This document shows positions 1 through 8,399 of a stretch of 64,000 nucleotides of DNA, piece after piece; within the stretch, counting starts at the first letter, position 1; each line of letters begins with the position of its first letter. Both the position numbers and the translations under genes were made by a program. A model generated the notes under the pieces. The model was given only the letters and a program-made list of their open reading frames with translations. It searched no databases and was not told where the DNA came from. The DNA comes from Gemmatimonadales bacterium (lineage in GTDB: Bacteria; Gemmatimonadota; Gemmatimonadetes; Gemmatimonadales; GWC2-71-9): positions 1,602 to 65,601 of the forward strand of contig DATHKX010000037.1 in assembly GCA_035488835.1 (NCBI GenBank), written 5' to 3'.

Positions 1-623
1 CCCGCACCTCGGACCGCATCGGCCTCGTCGCGTTTGCCGGGCAGGCGCTCACGCAGGTTCCCATCACGACCGACTACGCCGTGCTGGAGCAGGCGCTGCG
101 CGAGCTGCACCCGGGGATGCTCGAGGACGGCACGGCGATCGGCACGGCGATCGGGACAGCGGCCAACCGGCTGCGGCGCGCACCGGGGAAGAGCAAGGTG
201 CTCGTGCTGCTCACCGACGGCGTCAACAACAAGGGCACGGTGGACCCCCGCACCGCCGGGCAGGCGGCGGCGACGTTCGGCATCAAGATCTACGTGATCG
301 GCGTCGGCACGCGAGGGCAGGCGCCCATGCCCACGGAGTACGGGGCGGACGGCCAGCTGCGCTACGAGATGCGGCCCGTGGAGATCGACGAGGCGCTCAT
401 GACCGAGATCGCGTCGTTGACGGGGGGGCGCTACTACCGGGCCACCGACACCCAGTCGCTGCGGCACATCTTCGAGGAGATCAATCGCCTCGAGAAGGCC
501 CCGGTGGAGCAAATCGTCTACCGCCGCTTCGACGAGGCCTACCGCGCGCCACTCGCCCTCGGCCTGGTAGCGCTCGCGCTCGAGATCGTGCTCGCGGGCA
601 CGTTCGCCATCCGGGTTCCGTGA
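1..623 (+). CDS. VWA-domain membrane protein, BatA-like (5' end lies off the window)
   Basis: Reading frame is open from the window edge to TGA 621-623. Translation has VWA-type motifs (KVLVLLTDGVNNKG, IYVIGVGT) and a C-terminal TM helix (LALGLVALALEIVLAG). It is followed by further Bat-type genes. Confidence 0.8.
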   Translation, partial: RTSDRIGLVAFAGQALTQVPITTDYAVLEQALRELHPGMLEDGTAIGTAIGTAANRLRRAPGKSKVLVLLTDGVNNKGTVDPRTAGQAAATFGIKIYVIGVGTRGQAPMPTEYGADGQLRYEMRPVEIDEALMTEIASLTGGRYYRATDTQSLRHIFEEINRLEKAPVEQIVYRRFDEAYRAPLALGLVALALEIVLAGTFAIRVP

Positions 624-2266
624 TGACGTTCGACGCCCCCGTCGTGCTCGCGCTCGCGCCGCTCATCGGCGGCGCCGTCTGGTTCGCCGCCGCCTGGGCG
701 CGGCGCGTTCGCATCCGGCGGGCGGCGCTCTGGTCGCAGGAGACGGTGCGGCAGGCAGTCGCCGCGGGGCGCCTGGGGCCCACGGCGCTCGCGATCGCCG
801 CATTCCTCGGCGTCGTCGCGCTCGCGGGGCCCCGCTGGGGAGAAGAGCGGATCGTGGCCGAGACGCGTGGCCTCTCCGTGGTGATCGCGGTCGATATCTC
901 CCGCTCCATGCTCGCGGAGGACGCGACGCCCAACCGCTTGCGGCGCGCGATCCGGGAGGCGCGGCGGCTGGTCCAGGACCTGGACGGGGATCGGGTCGGG
1001 CTCATCGCGTTCGCCGGCTCGAGCTACATCATGTCGCCGCTCTCGATAGACGGGTCCGCGCTGACGCTCTACCTCGACGCGCTCGACCCGGACATGGCCT
1101 CCCAGGGAGGCACCGGGCTCGCTCCGGCGCTGCGCCAGGGTGCCGAGCTGCTGCAGGCGAGCTCCGAGCTCGCCGACCGCGTGCTCGTCGTGTTCACCGA
1201 CGGCGAAGCGCACGACTCGCTGCCGCCGATCACCGCGCAAGCGCAGCGCCTCAAGGCGGGCGGGATCCGCTTGATCCTCGTGGCCGAGGGCGGGCGCACC
1301 CCGACGCGCATTCCCGTGCGGGACGACCGCGGCGGCTTGCTCAGCTATCAGAAAGATGAGGAGGGGCGTGTCATCCAGACCGCGCGACGGGACGACATGC
1401 TCGGCGCCGCGGCCGACGCGGCACAGGGAACGCTCGTCGCCGCGGACCTCCCCGACCAGGCCGGCGCAGTTCGCGACCTCGTCGCCTCGTACCGGCGAGC
1501 GCGCGCGAGCGAGACGCGCACCGAGCAGAGCCGGCCACGGGCCTGGCTGCCGCTGATGCTCGCCGTGGTGTTGCTGGTCGTGCAGGCCGCGTCGCGACGA
1601 ACTGCCGCGCTCGTCGGACTCGCTTTCGCGTGTCTCGGCGCGCTCCCCTCCGCGAGCGTTGCGCAGCGGCCGCAGCTGCCGCGAAGCCCCGCGGAAAAAG
1701 CATGGGACCGCCATGACCTCAGGCGCGCACGCGTCGCGTATTTGGCGGAGCTCGCCGCCCGGCGCAAGGATGACGCCGCTTGGTACAACGCGGGCACCGC
1801 GGCACTGGCCGACTCGGATGCCGAGACCGCCCAGGCGAGCCTCGCGCACGCCGCCGCGTCGCTCGATCCCGACGTGCGGTTCCGCGCTCTCTACAACCTC
1901 GGGCTGCTCGCGCTGCGCCAGGCCGAGGACGACAGCGCGGGCCGCGACGCGCACCTGGCCGATGCCGAGCGCGCGTACCGCGAGGCGCTGCTGTTGCGGC
2001 CGCGCGACCGCCCGGCGAAGTGGAACCTCGAGCTCGCCGTCCGGCAGCGCGGTGGCAGCAGCCAGAACAAGGCGCCGCCCAGTGGGGGTGGGGGGAGCGG
2101 ACCGTCGGGCGGTGGAGCTCGGAGCGGGGGCGGGGCAGAGGGCGGCCTGAGCCCAGCCCAGGCCGAGCAGCTGCTGCGCTCGATCGGCCACGAGGAGCTG
2201 AGGACGCGCCGCGATCGGACGGGCCTGATGCGCCACCCGGCCGAGCCCGGCGTGAAAGACTGGTGA
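620..2266 (+). CDS. VWA-domain protein with C-terminal TPR region (BatB/BatC-like fusion)
   Basis: 548-aa ORF with an N-terminal TM segment. It has the MIDAS-type motif VVIAVDISRSM and LVVFTDGEAHD, then a second TM segment. TPR-like repeats follow (AWYNAGTAALADSD, ALYNLGLLALRQAE, YREALLLRPRD), then a Gly-rich tail. The start GTG 620 or ATG 623 overlaps the upstream TGA. Confidence 0.8.
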   Translation: MMTFDAPVVLALAPLIGGAVWFAAAWARRVRIRRAALWSQETVRQAVAAGRLGPTALAIAAFLGVVALAGPRWGEERIVAETRGLSVVIAVDISRSMLAEDATPNRLRRAIREARRLVQDLDGDRVGLIAFAGSSYIMSPLSIDGSALTLYLDALDPDMASQGGTGLAPALRQGAELLQASSELADRVLVVFTDGEAHDSLPPITAQAQRLKAGGIRLILVAEGGRTPTRIPVRDDRGGLLSYQKDEEGRVIQTARRDDMLGAAADAAQGTLVAADLPDQAGAVRDLVASYRRARASETRTEQSRPRAWLPLMLAVVLLVVQAASRRTAALVGLAFACLGALPSASVAQRPQLPRSPAEKAWDRHDLRRARVAYLAELAARRKDDAAWYNAGTAALADSDAETAQASLAHAAASLDPDVRFRALYNLGLLALRQAEDDSAGRDAHLADAERAYREALLLRPRDRPAKWNLELAVRQRGGSSQNKAPPSGGGGSGPSGGGARSGGGAEGGLSPAQAEQLLRSIGHEELRTRRDRTGLMRHPAEPGVKDW

Positions 2267-4611
2267 CCGCCGCGCTGTGGCTGCTGGTCGCCCTGCAGAG
2301 CGCGTCGCCGCCCGATGTGACGGCTCAGGTCGATCGCGCGCGAGTGCCGGCGGGCGAAGAGCTGACGCTCACCATTAGAGCCCGCTCCCGATCGGCGGAG
2401 CCGGTGGCGGTGGCCCTCCCCGGTCTCACGGGCTTCACCATCGTCGGCTCCCGCGAGGTGACCGAGGTGGCCCTCGAAGCGGTGGGGGGACCGGTCCGCA
2501 CCATGACGCGCGAGCTGCGGCTCAAGACCCAGCGTCCGGGCACGCTCGTGATCGGGCCCGTGCGCGTACGGCAGGGCGCCCGGGAGACCGCGACCCCGCC
2601 GCTCACCGTCACGGTGGACAGCGCGGCGACCGGGCTCGCCACCGCCGTATCCCCGATTGCCCGCCGGCTGATCGCCGCCGCCCCCCCGCCCGCGCACAAC
2701 GACCGCGTCGTGCTCAGCCTCATCTTGCCCGGGGACTCGGTGCTCGTGGGCCAGCAGCTTGACGTGATCGCCGCCGCGTGGTTTCCGCGCGAGCTGCGCA
2801 CCCGGTTGACCTACCCGCCGATCCTCTCGCTTCAGACGGCTGAGGGCGCATGGTCGTACCCGGGGGCCGTGCCGACCGAGATCGCGGCGTCGCGTCAGGT
2901 GCGAGGCGGATGGATGGACTTGTTCGTCGCTCACCAGGCGCTGTTCCCGCTCGCGCCAGGGCGGATCGCGATTCCTCCGGCCAGCGTCGCGTACGCGGTG
3001 CCGGTCGGGTTCTCGGTCTTCAAGCGCGAGGAGCGGTACTCGCTGCGCAGCGACACGGTGCCCGTCACCGTGCTGCCGTTGCCCACCGCGCGCCGGCCGG
3101 CGGACGACCAACCGGTCGTGGCACAAGGGCTCGCGCTCGAGCTCGCGCTCGAGCCGCCGAACGGTCGCGTCGGAGAGCCGATCGCGATGACGGCGACGGT
3201 GTCCGGGGCGGGCAACGTGGCGCTTTGGCCGGAGCCGGTGATCCGCTGGCCGGCCGGGTTCCGCCCGTATCCCGGAGAGACGGCCATGCGGATCGCGCCG
3301 CGCGACGGACGGATCGCCGGCTCGAAGACGTTTCACTATCTCGTGATGCCGGACTCGGCGGGGTCGTTCCTCCTGCCCGAGGTGCGGTACCCCTACTACG
3401 ATCTCACGGCGGGGGACTATCGGTCGGCGACGATTGCGCCGCGCGCGCTGGCTGTGGCGCCCGGGATCGAGCCGCAGGCGGCGCGCGCGCTGCCGTCGCT
3501 CGCGCGCGGCCGCGCCCCCGCGTGGGCGGACGAGCTGGTGGGCGGCTTCGTGCCGTGGGGATGGCTCCTGCTGGTGGTCGGCCCTCCGCTGCTCGTATGG
3601 CTGCGGCGCCGGCGCGGGACTGTCGCGGATGTCGCGGCCGCGCCTCCCGCGGCGCCGGCGCCACTCACCCGGCTCGGACAGCTGGAGCGCCGGTTTCAAG
3701 CGGTGCTGGCGAGTCACGTCCCGGACCAGCCGGCCCGGGACGGTGACGGGCTCGCCCGCGCGCTGCGCGCAACCGGGGTGGACAGCGCCGTCGCCGAGCA
3801 CGTGAAGCGCCTGCGCGACCGCCTCCGGGCGTCGCGCTACGGTCCCCGCGGCCTGGGGGACGCGGTCGAGCTCGCGGCGGAGCTCGAGCAAGTGCTCCAG
3901 GTGCTGGGCGCGGAGCCGGGTGGGAAAGGGCGCCGTGTAGTGGCGGCGATCGCGCTCATGGCGCTCGTCGGGTTGGCACGGCCCGCCGGGGCCCAGACGA
4001 TGAGTGCGGAGGCGTTGTACGACGCGGGCGCGCTCCGCGCCGCGGCCGACTCGTTCGCGGCGCGCGCGGCCGACTCGCCGCGGGTGTCGGCGCATTGGTA
4101 CAACCTCGGCGCCACGCTGTACCGCGCCGGGGCGGACGGCAAGGCAGCTGCGGCGTGGACCAAGGCCGCCCGCCTCGCGCCGCGGGACCCTTTGGTGCGA
4201 CGCGCGCGCGAGCTCCTCCCGCCACCCGACGCCGCGAGCGACGCGCTGTTGACCACGGGCGTCGCCACGCCCGGAGAATGGGCGCTCGCCGCGGGCCTGC
4301 TCTGGGTCGCCGTGTGGATGGCCGTCGCCGCGCGGCGCCGTCGCACGGTCGTCCTCGGGCTCGCGCTCGTCACTGCCGCGGCCGCAGGGCTCGCGGTCCG
4401 CGAGGGCCTGCGCCGCGCCCAGCCGCTGGCCATCGTCCTCAACGCCGGGACCCCGATCCGGGTCGCGCCGTACGGAGGGGCAAGCCCCGCATCGATGGTC
4501 GAGGCCGGTGCCGCGCTGCTGGTCGAGCGGCGTTACGGCGGCTGGCTCGAGGTGCAGCGCCCCGACGGAGTCCGTGGCTGGGTGCTCGCCGCCGAAGTGT
4601 CGCGGCCGTGA
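2263..4611 (+). CDS. BatD-like protein fused to a TPR + SH3-like module (BatE-like)
   Basis: The track ORF 1780..4611 was trimmed to GTG 2263, which overlaps the upstream stop (GTGA). There is a signal-like N-terminus (AALWLLVALQSASP) and a long beta-rich BatD-like body with TM segments. The C-terminal part has TPR-like repeats (HWYNLGATLYRAGADGKAAAAWTKAARLAP) and ends in an SH3-like motif (RYGGWLEVQRPDGVRGWVLAAEV). No stop codon separates the two parts. Confidence 0.7.
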   Translation: MTAALWLLVALQSASPPDVTAQVDRARVPAGEELTLTIRARSRSAEPVAVALPGLTGFTIVGSREVTEVALEAVGGPVRTMTRELRLKTQRPGTLVIGPVRVRQGARETATPPLTVTVDSAATGLATAVSPIARRLIAAAPPPAHNDRVVLSLILPGDSVLVGQQLDVIAAAWFPRELRTRLTYPPILSLQTAEGAWSYPGAVPTEIAASRQVRGGWMDLFVAHQALFPLAPGRIAIPPASVAYAVPVGFSVFKREERYSLRSDTVPVTVLPLPTARRPADDQPVVAQGLALELALEPPNGRVGEPIAMTATVSGAGNVALWPEPVIRWPAGFRPYPGETAMRIAPRDGRIAGSKTFHYLVMPDSAGSFLLPEVRYPYYDLTAGDYRSATIAPRALAVAPGIEPQAARALPSLARGRAPAWADELVGGFVPWGWLLLVVGPPLLVWLRRRRGTVADVAAAPPAAPAPLTRLGQLERRFQAVLASHVPDQPARDGDGLARALRATGVDSAVAEHVKRLRDRLRASRYGPRGLGDAVELAAELEQVLQVLGAEPGGKGRRVVAAIALMALVGLARPAGAQTMSAEALYDAGALRAAADSFAARAADSPRVSAHWYNLGATLYRAGADGKAAAAWTKAARLAPRDPLVRRARELLPPPDAASDALLTTGVATPGEWALAAGLLWVAVWMAVAARRRRTVVLGLALVTAAAAGLAVREGLRRAQPLAIVLNAGTPIRVAPYGGASPASMVEAGAALLVERRYGGWLEVQRPDGVRGWVLAAEVSRP

Positions 4612-6284
4612 CGGCCACGATCGCCATCCTGGCGCCCCAGGTTGCGGACCAGATCGCCGCCGGCGAGGTGGTCGAGCGGCCCGCGTCGGTGGTGAAGGAG
4701 CTGATCGAGAATGCACTCGATGCCGGCGCCAGCGCGATTCGCATCGAGATCGAGGACGGCGGGAAGAGTCTGATTCGTGTGAGCGACGACGGCGCCGGCA
4801 TGAGCCGCCCCGATGCGGAGCTCGCGCTGTCGCGTCACGCGACCAGCAAAATTCGAGAGGCCGCGGACCTGATCGGCGTGGCGACGTTCGGGTTCCGCGG
4901 CGAAGCGCTGCCCGCGATCGCATCGGTGTCCCGGTTCGAGCTCGAGACCTCGTCGGACGGCGACGTCGCCACCCGCCTGCGCGTCTCGGGCGGCAAGCGC
5001 GAGGGTGTGGAGGCCGCCGCGCGGCAGCGGGGGACGACGGTCACGGTGCGCGGGCTGTTCTTCAATACGCCCGCCCGGCGCAAGTTCCTGCGGGCGCAGG
5101 CCACGGAGACCCGCGCGGCGGTCGAGGCGGTGACGCTGCTCGCGCTCACGCGCCCCGACGTGGCCTTCACCCTCACGAGCGACGATCGTCCCCTGATCGA
5201 CGTCCGACCCACCACGCGCCCCATCGATCGGGTCCACGCGCTGTGGGGCCGCCAGCTCGCCGACACGCTGCTGCCGATCGCCCACCGCGAAGGCCCGCTC
5301 GAGGTGCGGGGGTTCGCGCAGCGCCCGGCGCAGGCGAAGCCCTCGGGCCGGAAGGGCTATGTGTTCGTGCGTGGCCGCCCGATCCGCGATCCGTTCATCT
5401 TGCGCGCCGCTGAGGCCGGCTATCGCTCCACCATCGCGCCGGGCGACCGCCCGTCGCTCATGCTGTTTCTGGAGCTTCCGGGCGACGCGGTGGACGTGAA
5501 CGTCCACCCATCGAAACTCGAGGTCCGCTTCCGCGACAAGTTCTTCGTCGAGAAGGTCGTGGAGCAGGCGGTGCGGGCCGCGCTGGGACCGCTCGCAGCG
5601 GCGGCTCCACTAGGGGCTGGGGATTCGGGGCTCGGGGCTTGGGATGTGGCGGGAAGCTCCGCTGTGCCACTCGAGATGTTCGCCAGCGACTCCCGAGCCC
5701 CGAGCCCCGAGCTCCGAACCCCGTCTCTGCTTCAAGTCTTCGACACCTACATCGTGTTCCAGACCGACTCGGGCGTCGCGATCGTGGATCAGCACTCCGC
5801 GCACGAACGGGTGCTGTACGAGCGGGCCATGCGCCAGCTCACGGGCGACGGGGCGTCGGCGCAACGGCTCCTGCTGCCGCTGACGCTCGAGTTCACGGCG
5901 CCCGAGCTCGAGGCGATCGACGCCCACCGCGAGCTGCTCCGTCGCGTGGGCTACGAGGTGGAGCCGTTCTCGGGGCGTGCGGTGGTAGTGCATACGGTGC
6001 CGAATCCGCATCCGCGCTTCGACGCGGCGCGCTGCTTCGGCGAGCTGGTCGCCGATCTCGCGGGCGGGCGATTCGGGGCCCTCGCGAACCGGTTGGAGCG
6101 CTTCGCGGCGACGTACGCTTGCCGCGCCGCCATCAAGGCCGGCCAGCGGCTCGAGCCCGACGAGATGCGCGAGCTCGTGGCCCGGCTCCTCACGGCGGCG
6201 CTCCCGGCGCACGACGTCCACGGACGACCGACGGTCGTCCAGCTACCGAAGGCTGAGCTGGAACGCCGGTTCGGGAGAGCGTAA
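4608..6284 (+). CDS. mutL: DNA mismatch repair protein MutL (endonuclease type)
   Basis: Start GTG 4608 overlaps the upstream TGA. The N-terminus IAAGEVVERPASVVKELIENALDAGA is the canonical GHKL ATPase motif. The C-terminal domain carries DQHSAHERVLYE, matching the DQHA(X)2E(X)4E endonuclease motif. Confidence 0.95.
   Translation: MTATIAILAPQVADQIAAGEVVERPASVVKELIENALDAGASAIRIEIEDGGKSLIRVSDDGAGMSRPDAELALSRHATSKIREAADLIGVATFGFRGEALPAIASVSRFELETSSDGDVATRLRVSGGKREGVEAAARQRGTTVTVRGLFFNTPARRKFLRAQATETRAAVEAVTLLALTRPDVAFTLTSDDRPLIDVRPTTRPIDRVHALWGRQLADTLLPIAHREGPLEVRGFAQRPAQAKPSGRKGYVFVRGRPIRDPFILRAAEAGYRSTIAPGDRPSLMLFLELPGDAVDVNVHPSKLEVRFRDKFFVEKVVEQAVRAALGPLAAAAPLGAGDSGLGAWDVAGSSAVPLEMFASDSRAPSPELRTPSLLQVFDTYIVFQTDSGVAIVDQHSAHERVLYERAMRQLTGDGASAQRLLLPLTLEFTAPELEAIDAHRELLRRVGYEVEPFSGRAVVVHTVPNPHPRFDAARCFGELVADLAGGRFGALANRLERFAATYACRAAIKAGQRLEPDEMRELVARLLTAALPAHDVHGRPTVVQLPKAELERRFGRA
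5613..5722. repeat. Imperfect inverted repeat of G-rich/C-rich heptamers inside the mutL linker
   Basis: Left arm 5613-5643 is GGGGCTGGGGATTCGGGGCTCGGGGCTTGGG. Right arm 5692-5722 is CCCGAGCCCCGAGCCCCGAGCTCCGAACCCC. By hand alignment the arms are reverse complements at about 22 of 25 positions, with one indel and one extra heptamer. Confidence 0.7.
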
Positions 6285-6288
6285 TGCG

Positions 6289-7275
6289 GTGACGTCCCTC
6301 CCCCTGGTCCCCGTGCTTGTCGGTCCCACGGCGGTCGGCAAGACTGCGGTCGTTGCCGCGTGGGCCGAGGGCGAGCCCATCACCGTCGTCTCCGCCGATG
6401 CCCGTCAGGTGTATCGGGGGCTCGACATCGGTACCGCGAAGCCGTCCGGCGGATTGCTCGCCCGCGTGCCGCATGTGGGTCTCGACGTCGTCGAGCCGGG
6501 GGAGCGGTACAGCGCGGGCCGCTTCGCGCGCGACGCGGCGCAATGGCTCGAGCAAATCCGTGGCGCGGGCCGCCACGCGGTGGTCGTCGGCGGGACCGGG
6601 TTGTACGTGCGCGCGCTGGCGGAGGGGCTGTTCCACGAGCCGCCGCTCGACCTGGCGCGGCGCGAGCGGTTGCGTGCCTGGGCGGCGAACCTTACGCCGG
6701 CGCGCCTCGCGCACTGGGCGGCGCGACTCGACCGCCGGTTCGCGGGCGGCGGGCGGCAGCGGGCGGGGCGGGCCGTCGAGGTCGCGCTCCTCACGGGGCG
6801 GGGCCTCAGCTGGTGGCAAGAGCACGCGCGTGCGACCGGCGCCATGCGGCCGTGGTACATTCAACTCACGCTGCCCCGGGACGCGCTGCAGCGTCGCATC
6901 GCCCAGCGAGTGGACGAGATGCTCGCCGGAGGACTCGTGGATGAAGTACGGCGGGTCCTGGCGTCGGGGGTGGCGCCGCTGGCGCCGGGGCTCGATGGGG
7001 TGGGGTATCGCGAGGTGGCCGCGATGCTCGCGGGGCGGCTTCAGGAGCGGGAGCTGCGGGAGGCAATCGTCGTGGCGACGCGGCGTTACGCGAAACGACA
7101 AGAGACCTGGTTTCGAAATCAGTTACGCAGCGGAGGGGGACACGGGACACGGGACACGGGAAATGTGTGGACCCTCGATGCCACTGAGCCCCCCGACGTG
7201 CTTGCCGGTCGAATCGTCGAGCGCTGGCACGACGTGACGTTTCCCCTTTCCCGTGTCCCGTCTCCCGGACGATGA
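6289..7275 (+). CDS. miaA: tRNA dimethylallyltransferase
   Basis: 328-aa ORF with the P-loop VGPTAVGKT, then SADARQVYRGLDIGTAKPS, and the typical C-terminal RRYAKRQETWFRN. It sits directly after mutL, a conserved neighbourhood. Confidence 0.95.
   Translation: MTSLPLVPVLVGPTAVGKTAVVAAWAEGEPITVVSADARQVYRGLDIGTAKPSGGLLARVPHVGLDVVEPGERYSAGRFARDAAQWLEQIRGAGRHAVVVGGTGLYVRALAEGLFHEPPLDLARRERLRAWAANLTPARLAHWAARLDRRFAGGGRQRAGRAVEVALLTGRGLSWWQEHARATGAMRPWYIQLTLPRDALQRRIAQRVDEMLAGGLVDEVRRVLASGVAPLAPGLDGVGYREVAAMLAGRLQERELREAIVVATRRYAKRQETWFRNQLRSGGGHGTRDTGNVWTLDATEPPDVLAGRIVERWHDVTFPLSRVPSPGR
7137..7266. repeat. Inverted repeat (19/20 match) with tandem GGGACAC heptads at the miaA 3' end
   Basis: 7137-7157 holds three tandem GGGACAC units. 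The arm 7144-7163 (GGGACACGGGACACGGGAAA) is the reverse complement of 7247-7266 (TTTCCCGTGTCCCGTCTCCC) with one mismatch. The spacer is about 83 nt. Confidence 0.8.
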
Positions 7276-8399
7276 GAATCGGCATCACCTGTTATCCCAC
7301 CTACGGCGGCTCCGGTGCCGTAGCGACGGAGCTGGGGCTCGAGCTCGCCCGGCGCGGGCACGAGGTGCACTTCATCTCCTACGCGAGCCCCTTTCGACTG
7401 CGTGGCTACGCCGAGCGGGTGACGTTCCACGAGGTCATGCCGACCGAGTATCCCCTGTTCGAGCACTCGTCGCCCTACGCGCTGGCGCTGGCGGTAAAGC
7501 AGCACGAAGTGGCGATGCGCGAGAACCTCGACCTCATGCACGTGCACTACGCCATCCCGCATGCCGCCACGGCGTGGCTCGCGAAGCAGATGCTCAAGGC
7601 GCAGCGGGACCTGAAGATCGTCACCACGCTGCACGGCACCGACATCACACTGGTAGGGCAAGACCCGTCCTACTACACGCTCACCAAGTTCTCGATCGAG
7701 CAGTCGGACCGCGTGACCGCGGTCTCGCAGTTCCTGCGGAACGAGACCTACCGTGCGTTCGGATGCGATGGGTGCGACGTCATCGTGATCCCCAACTTCA
7801 TCTCGACGGCGGAGTATCACCCCCCGACCGACCCGACCTGCCGCCGCTCGCTCGCCCCAGCCGACCACAAGGTACTCGTCCACGTCTCGAACTTCCGACC
7901 CGTGAAGCGGGTGACGGACGTCGTGCGCGTGTTCGCCGGGGTGCGGCGCGAGCTCCCGGCCACGCTGGTCCTGGTGGGAGACGGCCCGGAGCGGGACGCG
8001 GCAGAGCAGGAAGTCGATCGCCTCAAGCTGCAGCGCGACGTCCGCTTCCTCGGCAAGGTGGACAACGTCGCCGAGATCCTGCGAGGCAGCGACCTGTTCC
8101 TGCTGCCGTCCGAGACCGAGTCGTTCGGCCTTGCGGCGCTCGAAGCGATGGCGTGTGCCGTGCCGGTTCTCGCGACCGCCGTGGGCGGACTCCCGGAGGT
8201 GGTCGTCCACGGAGAGACGGGCTTCCTCACGCCCAAGGGGGATGTCGAGGCCATGATCGCCCACAGCCTCCGCCTGCTGCGCGACGGTCCGCTCCAGGCG
8301 CGGATGCGCGCCGCCGCCGCGCGGCGGGCGCTCGAGTTCGCGGCCGACCGCATCGTGCCGCGCTACGAACAGGTGTACGAGGACGTGCTGCGTGACTGA
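7272..8399 (+). CDS. bshA: GT4 glycosyltransferase, N-acetyl-alpha-D-glucosaminyl L-malate synthase (BshA-like)
   Basis: 375-aa ORF. The N-terminus MRIGITCYPTYGGSGAVATELG, plus TTLHGTDIT, HVSNFRPVKRV, LVGDGPE and ESFGLAALEAMACAVP, match my recollection of Bacillus BshA along the whole length. ATGA overlap with miaA. Confidence 0.85.
   Translation: MRIGITCYPTYGGSGAVATELGLELARRGHEVHFISYASPFRLRGYAERVTFHEVMPTEYPLFEHSSPYALALAVKQHEVAMRENLDLMHVHYAIPHAATAWLAKQMLKAQRDLKIVTTLHGTDITLVGQDPSYYTLTKFSIEQSDRVTAVSQFLRNETYRAFGCDGCDVIVIPNFISTAEYHPPTDPTCRRSLAPADHKVLVHVSNFRPVKRVTDVVRVFAGVRRELPATLVLVGDGPERDAAEQEVDRLKLQRDVRFLGKVDNVAEILRGSDLFLLPSETESFGLAALEAMACAVPVLATAVGGLPEVVVHGETGFLTPKGDVEAMIAHSLRLLRDGPLQARMRAAAARRALEFAADRIVPRYEQVYEDVLRD

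Noticed and set aside
1891-4923. 1010-aa minus-strand ORF, the longest in the track
   Set aside because: It is antisense to the BatB/BatD-like genes and the mutL 5' end. The translation is Arg/Pro/Gly/Ala-rich low complexity with no recognisable motif. Long stop-free antisense frames are expected at about 70% GC.
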